Assembly (NCBI GenBank): GCA_050952625.1
Contig: JBMNLH010000001.1
Location: forward strand, 608,001 to 672,000
From: Bacillota bacterium
GTDB lineage: Bacteria; Bacillota; Ch66; Ch109
Reading direction: 5' to 3'
DNA length: 64,000 bases
Shown here: positions 20,019 through 31,057 of the stretch, piece after piece
How positions within the stretch are numbered: position 1 is the first letter of the stretch
Layout of the letters: each line of letters begins with the position of its first letter
Program-made: the position numbers and the translations under genes
The notes under the pieces: generated by a model
The model's database searches: none
Told to the model about the DNA's origin: nothing
What the model saw: only the letters and a program-made list of their open reading frames with translations

Positions 20019-21779
20019 TTGCCGAATCATTTCCCTATGATTAATGTTGAAACACGTTGGACAACGAAGCGTTTTTCTAGGCTTCCTCAGGTAGCCGGCT
20101 TATCACCCGCCTTAATTAGAATTTTGTTGTCTCGGGGAGTAACTCCAGAACGGATGCCTGATTTTATAAATGGCGGGGTTTCGCTTATTCGCCCTTCGGT
20201 TGCCTTACCGGCAGTCACTGAGGCTGTCGCGAGGATTCGCGAGGCTTTGGCTAAAGGGATGGCGATTACGATCGTCGGGGATTATGATGTTGATGGCATC
20301 ACGGCCAGTGTGCTTCTGTATGAAGTTTTGAACGAATTGGGGACAAAGGCTGAGATTATTATTCCTGACCGCCGGCGAGATGGCTACGGCATCTCAGTTG
20401 AGATAGTTGAACGAATTGCTAACGGTTCTTCAGGTAAAAGTCGGTTGATTATTACGGTGGATAACGGTTCAAATGCCCGGGAGGCAATTGCCAGAGCATT
20501 TGAATTAGGTCTTGAAGTGATCGTGACAGACCACCATGCGGTGACTGATCCTCCTGAGTCAGTGGTTATGGTTAATCCCAATAACCCGTGCCAGCCGTAC
20601 GTTTTCAAGGGTTTATCCGGGGTAGGGGTGGCCTGGAAAATAGCCCGGGAACTTTTAGATTCGGTCGGTCATCCGCAAAAGGCCTGGCACTATTTAGATT
20701 TAGTGGCTTTAGGGACAATCGCCGATGTTAGTCCCTTGATCGATGAGAACCGGGCCCTCGTTAAACTTGGACTCCAGCAGTTAAGCCATCAAGGCCGACC
20801 AGGCATTAAAGAGTTAATTAAACTCCAGTTAGCCCCACCGCTTGAATCAACAAGACGCTAGCCCTTTTCAGGATTCTAACGAGAAAATGGGTCTAAATTT
20901 AACCGCCTATGACGTTGGGATGTATTTAACACCCTGCCTTAACGCGGCAGGCAGAATTGGCGATGTTCAGGATGCGGTTAACCTGTTGTTGTGTCAGGAT
21001 CCGCCGGAAGCTTCTCGAATCGCCAATTTACTGGTGGCTTTAAATCAGGAGCGGAAGCTGCTTACAGAACAGGGGGTGAAGGCAGCCATTGAGCTTATGC
21101 CTCAGGAAGAAGGAATCCCTAGGATCATCTGTCTTCCCCTGCCGGATTTAGATGAATCGATTTGCGGGTTGGTTGCTGGAAGAATAAAAGATGCCTTTTA
21201 TCGGCCGACCCTAGTTTTTACTCGGACTCGCGATAAGGGCTGGAAGGGATCCGGTCGATCTGGTGGCTGGATTTGACCTGACTTCCCTATTGAAATCTAT
21301 TTCCTATCTAAAAGGAGGGGGACATGCACAAGCCTGCGGTTTTCATTTCGCGAGCGAGGATGTAGACGCCTTTCTTCAGGCCGTTAAAACTTTCAGCGAA
21401 GATCATCTGCCCCTTCAGCTATTTACCCGGGTGATTCCGGTTGATTTGCCAGTTGAACCAAGTGAGGTTACCCCGGCTTTAGTGAGAGAAATCAAACAAC
21501 TGGAACCGTTCGGGGCTGGTTGGGAAGAACCCGTGATTGGTCTGCGGGGAATTAGTGTTTCTGGCGGGACCGATGGGTAAGAATGGCGATCACCTCCGTT
21601 TGCGCTGTGACCGGAGCGGTTTGGTTTTTAAGGGGTGGGGTAAGCATAAACAGTATCAGTTGCTTGGGTGCCCTCGAATAATGGATATTATTGGCCGAGC
21701 AAGGTGCAACCTTTGGAACAATCGGGTGTTCTCTGAAGTGGAAATCCTGGACTTTCGCGCTAATATTGACAAGGCCTAA
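20019..21779 (+). pseudogene. recJ: RecJ ssDNA exonuclease split into four frames (pseudogene or sequencing indels)
   Basis: GDYDVDG, TVDNG, TDHH and LGTIAD in piece 1; LNAAGR and KGSGRS in piece 2; GGH and LEPFG in piece 3; MGKNGDHLRL in piece 4. Three successive +1 shifts. Confidence 0.85.
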
Positions 21780-21855
21780 CCATCTAACATATTATGTAGG
21801 AAAATTATTGAGATATGAAGTTTAGTCGCAGCTGCTCTTACTCTGAATTTTTTTT

Positions 21856-21898
21856 CTATGCTCGTATTTTACTTGATCAGCAAATTTGGTTGGGAACG
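21856..21898 (-). repeat. Dispersed repeat family B copy
   Basis: Reverse complement CGTTCCCAACCAAATTTGCTGATCAAGTAAAATACGAGCATAG aligns to the copy at 29008-29069. Confidence 0.5.
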
Positions 21899-22011
21899 TT
21901 ACTAAATGATATAAACCGCCGATTACTGATACTAAAACCATTTAATTATTAAGCAGCGAGAAAACCGTCTTCTTGCTTCTAGAATAAAAACGAGAGAGGG
22001 GGCGAGTCTGG

Positions 22012-24185
22012 GTGCCGGTAACCAAACTGCTGGATAAAGTAAAGAGCTACTATAATGGAACGGATATTGAAATGATCCGCGAGGCTTACCTGTATGCTAA
22101 GGAAGCCCATGAAGGGCAGTTTCGCAATTCTGGTGAACCCTATATCGTCCATCCTCTTCGAGTGGCTTATACTTTGGCGGAATTAGAACTGGATGTCCCG
22201 ACAATCACGGCCGGCTTGCTGCATGATGTCCTGGAGGATACCTCAAAAACCATGTCTGAAATTGAGCGAAAGTTTGGGCCAGAGGTAGGCCAACTGGTTG
22301 ACGGGGTTACTAAGTTAAGTAAAATTGAATACAAATCCAAGGAAGAACAACAGGCGGAAAATTTGCGAAAAATGTTTCTGGCGATGGCCCGTGATATTCG
22401 GGTTATTTTGATCAAATTGGCTGACCGTTTACACAACATGCAGACCTTAAGGCATCATTCTGTAGAAAAGCAGAAATCTATCGCCAAGGAAACGTTAGAA
22501 ATATATGCCCCGTTGGCGCACCGTTTGGGTATTTTTCGTTTGAAATGGGAATTAGAGGATCTCTCCTTGAGATTTTTGGAACCAGAAAAATATTATGAAC
22601 TGGTAGAAAGAATTGCCGCCCGTCGGCAAGAGCGAGAAGAACAAATTAACCAGGTGATCGAGCGGTTAAAGACGCAGCTGACAGCTATTGGCATTAACGC
22701 TGATTTATCTGGCCGACCCAAGAATTTTTACAGTATTTATCAAAAAATGGTTACTCAGAATAAGGATTTAAGTGAAATTTTCGACCTGATGGCCATCAGA
22801 ATTATTGTCGATTCGGTTAAGGACTGTTACGGTACCCTGGGGATAGTCCACACCTTGTGGAAACCTTTTCCGGGCAGGTTTAAAGACTATATTGCGATGC
22901 CCAAACCGAATATGTACCAGTCACTGCACACGACAGTTATGGGGCCGCGCGGTGAGCCCTTTGAGATTCAGATTCGAACCTGGGAGATGCACCGGACCGC
23001 TGAATATGGGATTGCTGCCCACTGGATCTATAAAGAAGGCGGTAAGCAGGATAAGGATTTTGATAAGAAGGTCGCTTGGCTGCGCCAACTCTTAGAATGG
23101 CAATTGGAATTAAGAGATGCCCATGAATTTATGGAGTCGCTCAAGATAGATCTTTTTTCCGATGCTGTTTTTGTTTTTACGCCCAAGGGAGACGTCATTG
23201 AACTGCCGGCCGGGGCGATACCGATTGATTTTGCTTATCGAGTCCACAGTGAGATTGGGCATCGGTGTGTCGGTGCTCGGGTTAATGGTCGAATGGTCCC
23301 CCTGGATTATCGTTTGAATAACGGGGATATTGTGGAAATTATCACGTCCAAACAAAATAACCCCAGCCGTGATTGGTTGAATATGGTGAAAACTACTCAG
23401 TCTAAGACGCGAATCCGGCAATGGTTTAAACGGGAACAACGGAGGAGAATGCGGCCCGGGGTCGGGAGTCTTTAGAACGGGAAATCAAAAAGGTCGGTTC
23501 TGAACTAGCCGAATGGGCGAGAGGAGATAAGCTGCAGGAAGTTGCCCGCCGGTTTAATTTTCAATCAGTCGATGAGTTATATGCGGCGATAGGGGTTGGG
23601 ACCCTTACCTCTCTGCAGGTTCTAGGCCGGATTAAGGACGAATTCCAGAAAGAGCGCAAGTCCATCTCCGGCCAGGTGGAGGAATTACCAGCTTCCCCGG
23701 AGATTCGTCCCCGATCCAGACATAAGCGAACCTCTAAAGGGGTACATGTCCGTGGTCTGGATAACATGGCGATTCGGTTTGCCCACTGCTGCAATCCTTT
23801 GCCGGGGGACGCCATTGTCGGCTATATAACACGGGGGCGAGGGGTTTCCATCCATCGCGCTGATTGTCCCAACCTTCAAGGTTATTTGAGTAATGAGCCG
23901 GAGCGAATAATTGAGGTCTCTTGGAACGCTCAGGAACAACCAGGTTATCAAGTGGAAATAGAGGTAAAGGCCATTGATCGTCCGAGGCTCACCACGGATG
24001 TCATGAATACTATCGCCGATTCCCGAATTCCCATTAATTCAGTTTATGCTCGGGCCAATAAGCAGAAAATGGCCACAATTAACCTAACTTTAGAGATTCC
24101 CAATGTAGACCATTTACAATCAATTCTCCAAAAGATTAAACGGGTTAATAATGTAATGGAGGTCAGGCGCGTCTTGCCGACCTAG
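22012..24185 (+). CDS. relA: Bifunctional (p)ppGpp synthase/hydrolase with one apparent frameshift at about 23441
   Basis: HD domain (LLHDVLED), RFKD, YQSLHT, TGS, AHCCNPLPGD, ACT. Adding one G at CAACGG^AGGAG restores REQREENAARGRESLE and an open frame to 24185. Confidence 0.92.
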
Positions 24186-24223
24186 ACCTATTAGATTAAA
24201 AATAATATCGAGGTGGCGATAGA

Positions 24224-24673
24224 TTGCGGGCAGTAGTGCAGCGGGTGCGTGAGGCTCGGGTAACGGTTGATGATGAGTTAATCGCGAGCATTGGTGAGGG
24301 ACTGGTTGTCCTGTTGGGGGTGAAACATGGGGACAATTCTAGCGATGTACAATACTTGGTCGATAAAATAGCCAATTTAAGGGTATTCGAAGATGATAAC
24401 GGCAAAATGAATCTGTCAGCCCTCGAATTAGCGAAAGAGGTACTAGTGGTTTCTCAGTTTACCCTTTATGGCGACTGTCGTAAAGGACGCCGACCAAGCT
24501 TTACAGAGGCTGCCGATCCCACAGAAGCTAATGCTTTATACCGGCAATTGGTAGAAAGCTTAACGAAGTTGGGGCTTAAGGTTCAGACCGGTCAGTTTCA
24601 AGCTCAGATGCTGGTTGAGATATTTAATGATGGGCCGGTCACTTTACTATTGGATAGCTCGCGAATGATCTAA
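24224..24673 (+). CDS. dtd: D-aminoacyl-tRNA deacylase
   Basis: RAVVQRV, SQFTL, NDGPVT. Confidence 0.96.
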   Translation: MRAVVQRVREARVTVDDELIASIGEGLVVLLGVKHGDNSSDVQYLVDKIANLRVFEDDNGKMNLSALELAKEVLVVSQFTLYGDCRKGRRPSFTEAADPTEANALYRQLVESLTKLGLKVQTGQFQAQMLVEIFNDGPVTLLLDSSRMI

Positions 24674-24732
24674 TTTAATAATCCGATACAATAAGGCTAA
24701 GAAAATAAGGTTAAGCAGCGGAGGTAAGAATA

Positions 24733-25368
24733 ATGATTCTGTTGGGTATGGAAGTAGGGCAATTAGGGACAAATTGCTATATTGTTGGTTGTGAGGAAAG
24801 TCGTGAAGCAGCGGTTATTGATCCTGGGGGGGATGCCTTGAAAATATTAAAGTTTCTAGAGCGTAATAATTTAAAATTAACCCATATTATCAATACCCAT
24901 GGTCATATCGATCATATTGGGGGTAACCGAACCCTAAAAGAGCAAACGCAAGCTGAGTTAATTATTCATGAAGAGGATGCTTCGATGCTTACTAGTGCCG
25001 GCCGTAATCTGTCTCTCTTTTCCGGCATGGTCATGAGCGGGCCAGCCGCTGATCGGACGGTTAAAGAAGGCGATAAGATCAAAGTTGGCAATACCGTGGT
25101 GTTAGAGGTTATTCATACCCCCGGCCATACTCCCGGCGGTATATCTCTAAAATTAGAAGTAGATGGCAAGAACATCTTATTTGTCGGTGATACCCTTTTT
25201 AACGGCAGTATCGGCCGCACTGATTTCCCAGGCGGATCATACCGGCAATTAATTGAATCAATCCAACAAAAGATAATGGTGTTTCCTGATGAGACCGAGG
25301 TTTACCCGGGGCATGGCCCAGGCACTAAAGTTGGCTTTGAGCGTAAGAGCAATCCGTTCTTGGTATAA
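24733..25368 (+). CDS. MBL-fold metallo-hydrolase (glyoxalase II-like)
   Basis: THGHIDHIGG, HTPGHTPG, GDTLF, PGHG. Confidence 0.92.
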   Translation: MILLGMEVGQLGTNCYIVGCEESREAAVIDPGGDALKILKFLERNNLKLTHIINTHGHIDHIGGNRTLKEQTQAELIIHEEDASMLTSAGRNLSLFSGMVMSGPAADRTVKEGDKIKVGNTVVLEVIHTPGHTPGGISLKLEVDGKNILFVGDTLFNGSIGRTDFPGGSYRQLIESIQQKIMVFPDETEVYPGHGPGTKVGFERKSNPFLV

Positions 25369-25432
25369 TAAAGCATATATTATATATTATTATATATTAA
25401 ATAATCATTAAATCAGAAAGGGGTTTTCTTAA

Positions 25433-25549
25433 ATGTTAGATATTGAGAATATCGAATTGTTTTTAGCTTCTTTGTCAGAAGAAGACCTCAAAGAGGAAGA
25501 CGAAATCACTCCTAATAAAGCTGACAAAGAAGTTGAGGAAAAGGAATAG
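25433..25549 (+). CDS. 38-aa acidic small protein, not in ORF track
   Basis: GAAAGGGG RBS then MLDIENIELFLASLSEEDLKEEDEITPNKADKEVEEKE*. Confidence 0.55.
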   Translation: MLDIENIELFLASLSEEDLKEEDEITPNKADKEVEEKE

Positions 25550-25623
25550 GAATGGGGCGCGTTTATTAGAGTCAAAGAAGAGTGGGAGATAATTGTGTTT
25601 GGTTTGAGAAACGAGGTTTAATT

Positions 25624-27299
25624 TTGAAACTACGGGTTAAGGCACCAAAAGAATACTATCTTAAAGTGGTGGCGGACCTAGTCCGTCTTTTCTTTCCTCG
25701 GGTAGAAATTATCGGCTTAGTTGACCAACGTCTGGACGATTTATTTACTCCAGCGGCGGGGGAAGAAGAAATCCAGCAAGGGTGAAGGTCTGCTCTGTTT
25801 TGCAGAAGTAATCAAAACAGACAGAGTAAAGAAGAGAAACAGATGAGGAGCGGGAGAACGCGGTATTGGATCCAGCCAGTCGGACATTGGTCGTTTCGCT
25901 GCAGATGCCGGGTAAAAGGGCAGTGGCCCGGGTGCCGATTCCGAAACTAATTCCCGGGGATGAGTCGGTTAATGTCCGCCGTCGTCTAATCCGGCGCGCT
26001 ACTTTACAGGTGTTGGAAGAAATCACCGGCCAGTCGGCCGGACCCTGGGGAATCCTAACAGGCATCCGACCCACTAAGATTGTGCATCGTCGCCTGGATC
26101 AGGGCTGGGAAGCAGAGCAAGTGGCGGATGAATTATGCCGGGACTACCGGCTTGAACCAACCAAGGCCAAATTGCTGGTGCAAGTAGCCCAACGGCAGCG
26201 GCCATTTCTTCTATCCCGGGCGGCAGCTAGCCGGTTGGTTAGCGTATACATTGGCATTCCTTTTTGTCCTACCCGCTGCTTGTACTGCTCCTTTCCTGGT
26301 TATCCTTTGCCCCGAAACGGCCAGATAGTGGGGGCTTTTTTGCAGGCCCTGCTCCAAGAGATTCAGTGCGTGGGAGCCGAGCTCCAGCATCAGGGAATAG
26401 GGGTTCAGTCGATTTATGTGGGTGGAGGCACCCCGACCTCGCTGACCGCTGATCAGTTGCGGCAGCTTTTATTTGCGTTGCGAGAGAACCTGCCTTTCTC
26501 CAGAATCAAGCAGCAGCAAACAACCAAAACAAACCTAGGCGATATTTGCCGGAAAAATGAGGTCACACCGACCGGAGAACCTCCTCTTGCCAAGATTGGT
26601 GAGTTCACCGTCGAGGCCGGGCGGCCAGATACTTTAGATCAGGCGCGGTTAGCCGCTATGCAAGAAGCCGGGGTCAATCGGCTTAGTATTAATCCCCAAA
26701 CCATGCAGGATAAGACTCTGCGTTTAATTGGCCGGCCACATTCGGCAGCAGATACCGAGCACGCCTTCGAGTTAGCGCGTCGGTTTGGTTTTTCCTTTAT
26801 CAATATGGATGTTATACTAGGCCTGCCGGGAGAAACGAGCGGCGATGTGGCGGTTACCCTGGAGAAGATTGGCCAATTAGGGCCAGAAAATCTTTCCGTG
26901 CATACGCTGGCCATCAAGCGTGCCTCCCGCTTGAATGAGCAGCGCGAACAGTGGGTCCTGCCCGGGGTGGAGGAGGTTGAAGCCATGGTTCAAATCAGCC
27001 AGGCAGCAGCGGTGAGTCAGGGAATGGAGCCTTATTATCTTTACCGCCAAAAGCATATTTTGGGTAATCTAGAGAACGTCGGCTATTGCCGACCGGGTTG
27101 GGAGAGCGTTTATAATATTCAGGTGATGGAAGAGCGGCAGACAATCATTGGTTTGGGGGGTGGTGCCGGCTCAAAGTGGCTTAATCCGGCGGATTGGACC
27201 CTAACCAATACCTATAACTCAAAAGATCCCCTGGACTATATCCAGCGGATTGATGAGATCATTCGCAAGAAAATTGACAGAATTCAAGGTCTGAGTTAG
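25624..27299 (+). CDS. hemZ: HemZ-type radical SAM protein with disrupted 5' region
   Basis: PWGILTGIRP, IPFCPTRCLYC, GGGTPT, VEAGRPD, YLYRQK. The N-terminal piece (TTG 25624-25785) is in a different frame from 25866-27299. Confidence 0.85.
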
Positions 27300-27302
27300 A
27301 AT
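27274..27302 (+). promoter_or_regulatory. Sigma-A promoter of the hisS T-box leader
   Basis: TTGACA-17nt-TAGAAT. Confidence 0.75.
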
Positions 27303-27324
27303 ACATGGTAGTTATTGACTTAGT

Positions 27325-27367
27325 TAACCGCCCATGCCTCAAGGACCTAACCACCTATGAAAATAGG
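27325..27367 (+). repeat. Dispersed repeat family A, copy 4
   Basis: TAACCGCCCATGCCTCAAGGACCTAACCACCTATGAAAATAGG; 36/43 identical to copy 2. Confidence 0.88.
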
Positions 27368-27404
27368 TTTTTATAAATAAGTGACCTAGGCTACATCCTT
27401 TGAA

Positions 27405-27686
27405 CAGCCAGGAACAGGAGCAGTAAGCCGGAGTCAGAAGCTTTTACAGGGAGAGAATGCCGTGACTGCAAGCATTCTCAGAGCTTTCCGCTGAAGAACA
27501 CCTGGGAGCTGGTCCTTTGAAAATAACCGTCCAGGTTAATGAGTAGTAGGATCCGGATAGCTACCGTTATCAGCTTAATAAGGGGGATAACTGTCTGGTT
27601 ATCCAATCAGGGTGGCACCGCGAGAGAAGCCTTTCGTCCCTGCACGAACTAATCCTTTGTGCGAGGAAGAGGGGTTTATTTTTTTG
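27405..27686 (+). ncRNA. T-box riboswitch with His (CAC) specifier
   Basis: AGTA, AGGGAGA, GAA-CAC specifier at 27499-27501, CCGTTA, T-box AATCAGGGTGGCACCGCG at 27605-27622, terminator plus T tract. Confidence 0.92.
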
Positions 27687-27697
27687 GAGGTGATTTG

Positions 27698-29005
27698 ATG
27701 CTGGTTAATCGACCCCGCGGAACAAATGATATTCTGCCCGGCCAAGCGGAAAAATGGCGGTATTTGGAGGAGCAAATCCGACAAATATGTTTTGAATACG
27801 GATTTGGCGAGATTCGGACCCCCATCTTTGAGCAGACCGAGCTGTTTCAACGGGGAGTAGGGGAAACCACTGATGTAGTGGAAAAAGAAATGTATACCTT
27901 TCTGGATAAAGGAGAAACCAGCTTAACCCTACGGCCGGAAGGGACCGCGTCAACCGTGCGGGCTTTCGTGGAAAATGGCCTGTATGGACAGCCATTGCCA
28001 GTTAAGCTGTACTACCTGGGGCCCATGTTTCGCTATGACCGGCCTCAGGCGGGACGTTTTCGGCAGTTTCACCAGTTTGGGGTAGAGGTTTTAGGTTCTC
28101 AGGATCCGTTGCTGGATGCCGAAGTAATGATCATGGCCATGGACCTTTACCAGCGACTGGGTTTAAGCAACCTGGAACTGCATCTAAACAGTGTCGGCTG
28201 TCCCGTCTGTCGTCAAAAGCATCGCTCAGCCCTGCGAGAATTTCTGGTTCCTCGGGAGAATGCGTTGTGTGACAACTGCCGTCGCCGTTTGGAACGCAAC
28301 CCGATGCGAGTGCTTGATTGCAAGGGCGAAAAGTGTCAGGAAGCCAGTGCTGGTGCCCCCGCCACCCTGCATCACCTTTGCCCGGATTGTGCCGGACACT
28401 TTCAGATAGTCAGAGAGGCCTTGGACGAGTTGGCGATTCCTTATGTCGTAAATGAACGACTGGTGCGGGGTTTGGATTATTATACTCAGACGGCCTTTGA
28501 GATAATTGCCCCCGGGATTGGCGCGCAAAATTCAATTGGCGGCGGTGGTCGCTATGATGGGTTGGTTGAGGAAATTGGCGGTCCGCCAACTCCAGGGGTT
28601 GGTTTCGCTCTGGGGTTGGAGAGAATTCTCCTGGCTTTGGAGCTTCAGGGAGTAGAATTACCAACGGGAAGTCAATTAAACATTTTTATCAGTACTCTAG
28701 GGGCTGAGGCCCGAAAAACAGCTTTTGATCTGATGACTCGGCTGCGCCGGCTGGGCTTGGCCGTGAATATGGATTACCTGGGACGAAGCTTAAAGGCCCA
28801 GATGAAGCAGGCTGGCAAAAGCGGGGCCCAGTTTGTCGTTATTGTTGGGGGAGAAGAGCTGGAACGACAGGCTGTTACGGTGCGGGATATGGCTGCCGGT
28901 CAGCAGACAGAGGTTGCTCTAGTTGATATCGGAGAGTTCATGGCGGAAAGGCTCGAAGGCCATGTCCGGCTTTTCTCTAGACGCCGGGCCTTAAGAATTA
29001 AATAA
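27698..29005 (+). CDS. hisS: Histidine--tRNA ligase
   Basis: PRGTND, LRPEGTA, RYDRPQAGRFRQF, LVRGLDYY, GGGRYD. ATG 27698 follows GGAGG. Confidence 0.97.
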   Translation: MLVNRPRGTNDILPGQAEKWRYLEEQIRQICFEYGFGEIRTPIFEQTELFQRGVGETTDVVEKEMYTFLDKGETSLTLRPEGTASTVRAFVENGLYGQPLPVKLYYLGPMFRYDRPQAGRFRQFHQFGVEVLGSQDPLLDAEVMIMAMDLYQRLGLSNLELHLNSVGCPVCRQKHRSALREFLVPRENALCDNCRRRLERNPMRVLDCKGEKCQEASAGAPATLHHLCPDCAGHFQIVREALDELAIPYVVNERLVRGLDYYTQTAFEIIAPGIGAQNSIGGGGRYDGLVEEIGGPPTPGVGFALGLERILLALELQGVELPTGSQLNIFISTLGAEARKTAFDLMTRLRRLGLAVNMDYLGRSLKAQMKQAGKSGAQFVVIVGGEELERQAVTVRDMAAGQQTEVALVDIGEFMAERLEGHVRLFSRRRALRIK

Positions 29006-29007
29006 TA

Positions 29008-29069
29008 CCGACGAGGTTCGTTCTCAGTCTAATCGGCTGATCGGGTGAAAACACAAGCGTTAGTATTTT
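29008..29069 (+). repeat. Dispersed repeat family B copy (reference)
   Basis: CCGACGAGGTTCGTTCTCAGTCTAATCGGCTGATCGGGTGAAAACACAAGCGTTAGTATTTT. Confidence 0.65.
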
Positions 29070-29086
29070 GGAGCAGCAGACTGCCC

Positions 29087-29114
29087 GGGACCGTAAACCT
29101 GTCCCCGTGTCCCA
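29087..29114. repeat. REP-like GGGAC..GTCCC palindrome
   Basis: GGGACCGTAAACCTGTCCCCGTGTCCCA resembles REP-like units seen near Firmicute RAYT genes (recalled); single copy here. Confidence 0.35.
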
Positions 29115-29160
29115 CGTTGCCTAAGCAGATCAAATTTTAAAACAGGAGCTAAGGAGTGTA

Positions 29161-30978
29161 ATGGAGATGGCAGAAGCATTGTTAGGTTTAAAACGGACGC
29201 ACTGTTGCGGTGATCTTTCCGTAAGTGAAGCTGGCCAGCTTGTTTGTCTCATGGGTTGGGTCCAGACCAGACGCGACCACGGCGGGTTGATTTTTGTTGA
29301 TTTACGAGATCGTTCGGGACAGGTGCAGGTTGTTTTTAGTCCGGAAGTTGATCAAATTGCTTTTAATAAGGCAGAAACAGTCCGCAGTGAGTTTGTGGTC
29401 GCCATCGTGGGTGAGGTTAGACTGCGACCAGAAGGCACGGTTAATCCTAACCTGGCTACCGGAGAAATTGAGGTTTATGCTCGAGAACTACGCATATTAA
29501 ATCGCGCTAAAACACCCCCGTTCTATATTGAAGAGGATGTGGCGGTCGACGAGATGTTGCGTTTGCGTTACCGGTATCTTGATCTGCGCCGGCCAGAAAT
29601 GCAGCGGTCCCTGATCTTGCGGCACCGAGTCGCTAAAGCAATGCGCGATTTCCTTGATGCCCGAGGTTTTCTGGAGATTGAGACCCCGATGTTAACTAAA
29701 AGCACCCCGGAAGGAGCGCGCGATTACCTGGTGCCGAGCCGGGTTAATCCGGGTAATTTTTACGCCTTGCCGCAGTCACCGCAGATTTTTAAGCAGTTAT
29801 TGATGGTTTCGGGCTTTGAGCGGTACTTCCAGATTGTCCGTTGCTTCCGGGACGAAGACCTGCGGGCTGACCGGCAACCCGAGTTTACCCAGTTGGACCT
29901 GGAAATGTCCTTTATGGAACGAGATGAAATCCTGGATTTAATGGAGGAACTGGTGGCCTTTATCTTTAAAGACAGCCTGGGAGTAGACATTAAAACTCCT
30001 TTTCCGCGACTAACCTACCAGGAGGCCATGGAGCGTTACGGTTCAGATAAACCGGACTTGCGTTTTGGTCTGGAACTAAAAGACGTCGGCGATATTGTCC
30101 ATGATTGTCAATTCAAGGTGTTTGCTGGAGCTCTGGCGGCCGGAGGCCAGGTCAAAGGCTTATGTATTCCCGGTTGCGGCAACTATTCGCGGAAAGAGTT
30201 GGATGATTTAACGGCTCTAGCCGGTGTTTACGGGGCTAAAGGCTTGGCCTGGATGCTGTGCCAGGCCAATAACACTATTAAGTCCCCCATTGCTAAGTTT
30301 TTTACCGAAGAGCAATTGAATCAGCTTCAGGCCAGAATGGGCGCGCAACCGGGCGATCTATTATTATTTGTGGCTGATCAACCAGCGGTAGTAGCCGGAG
30401 CCTTGGGGCACCTGCGCCTGGAATTTGGTCGTCGGCTGAACCTCATCGATCCGAGGGAGTATAATTTTGCCTGGGTCATCGATTTCCCCTTACTAGAGTG
30501 GGATGTTGAAGAGAAACGCTGGGTAGCTATGCACCATCCCTTTACCTCGCCCCGGGATGAGGATGAACAATATCTGGAGACCGACCCCGGTCGGGTTTGC
30601 GCCAAAGCCTACGACCTTACCTTGAACGGAATTGAGGTCGGCGGAGGCAGTATCCGGATCCACCGTCGGGAGATTCAGGAACAAATGTTTAAATTGTTAG
30701 GGTTTACCCAGGAAGAGTCGATGGATAAATTTGGTTTTATGCTGGAAGCCTTCGAATATGGTACACCTCCCCACGGTGGAATTGCCTTTGGCCTTGATCG
30801 TTTAATCATGCTCATGGCCCAGCGCGAATCCATTCGGGATGTTATCGCTTTTCCAAAAACTGCCAGTGCAGTATGCCAAATGACCGGAGCTCCCGCAGCA
30901 GTTGTGCCGCAGCAGCTGCGAGAACTACATATTCGGTTAGACGGTTCCGCAAAGGCCCAACGTGGTGGGAAAAGCTAA
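29161..30978 (+). CDS. aspS: Aspartate--tRNA(Asp/Asn) ligase
   Basis: [47 protein letters not shown]. Confidence 0.97.
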   Translation: MEMAEALLGLKRTHCCGDLSVSEAGQLVCLMGWVQTRRDHGGLIFVDLRDRSGQVQVVFSPEVDQIAFNKAETVRSEFVVAIVGEVRLRPEGTVNPNLATGEIEVYARELRILNRAKTPPFYIEEDVAVDEMLRLRYRYLDLRRPEMQRSLILRHRVAKAMRDFLDARGFLEIETPMLTKSTPEGARDYLVPSRVNPGNFYALPQSPQIFKQLLMVSGFERYFQIVRCFRDEDLRADRQPEFTQLDLEMSFMERDEILDLMEELVAFIFKDSLGVDIKTPFPRLTYQEAMERYGSDKPDLRFGLELKDVGDIVHDCQFKVFAGALAAGGQVKGLCIPGCGNYSRKELDDLTALAGVYGAKGLAWMLCQANNTIKSPIAKFFTEEQLNQLQARMGAQPGDLLLFVADQPAVVAGALGHLRLEFGRRLNLIDPREYNFAWVIDFPLLEWDVEEKRWVAMHHPFTSPRDEDEQYLETDPGRVCAKAYDLTLNGIEVGGGSIRIHRREIQEQMFKLLGFTQEESMDKFGFMLEAFEYGTPPHGGIAFGLDRLIMLMAQRESIRDVIAFPKTASAVCQMTGAPAAVVPQQLRELHIRLDGSAKAQRGGKS

Positions 30979-31001
30979 ATCTTACGCACGCAATCATCAA
31001 C

Positions 31002-31030
31002 TTGAAAACCGATAACGGGTATGGTAGAAT
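31002..31030 (+). promoter_or_regulatory. Sigma-A promoter of 6S RNA
   Basis: TTGAAA-17nt-TAGAAT with extended -10 TG. Confidence 0.7.
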
Positions 31031-31057
31031 AAGACTCGACAAAAGAAACTTGATCAA

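Noticed and set aside
23430-23475. Programmed -1 frameshift in relA
   Set aside because: No X XXY YYZ slippery heptamer at the break, which lies within a general indel cluster.
26490-26600. In-frame polar insertion in HemZ (and similar in SpoIID, SecF N-terminus) as coding repeat insertions
   Set aside because: No sequence similarity to repeats A/B or to each other; consistent with variable loops.
25433-27299. Small peptide plus radical SAM as a RiPP system
   Set aside because: The enzyme is housekeeping HemZ in its normal dtd-hisS context, with no SPASM/RRE domain, and the peptide lacks Cys or an aromatic core motif.
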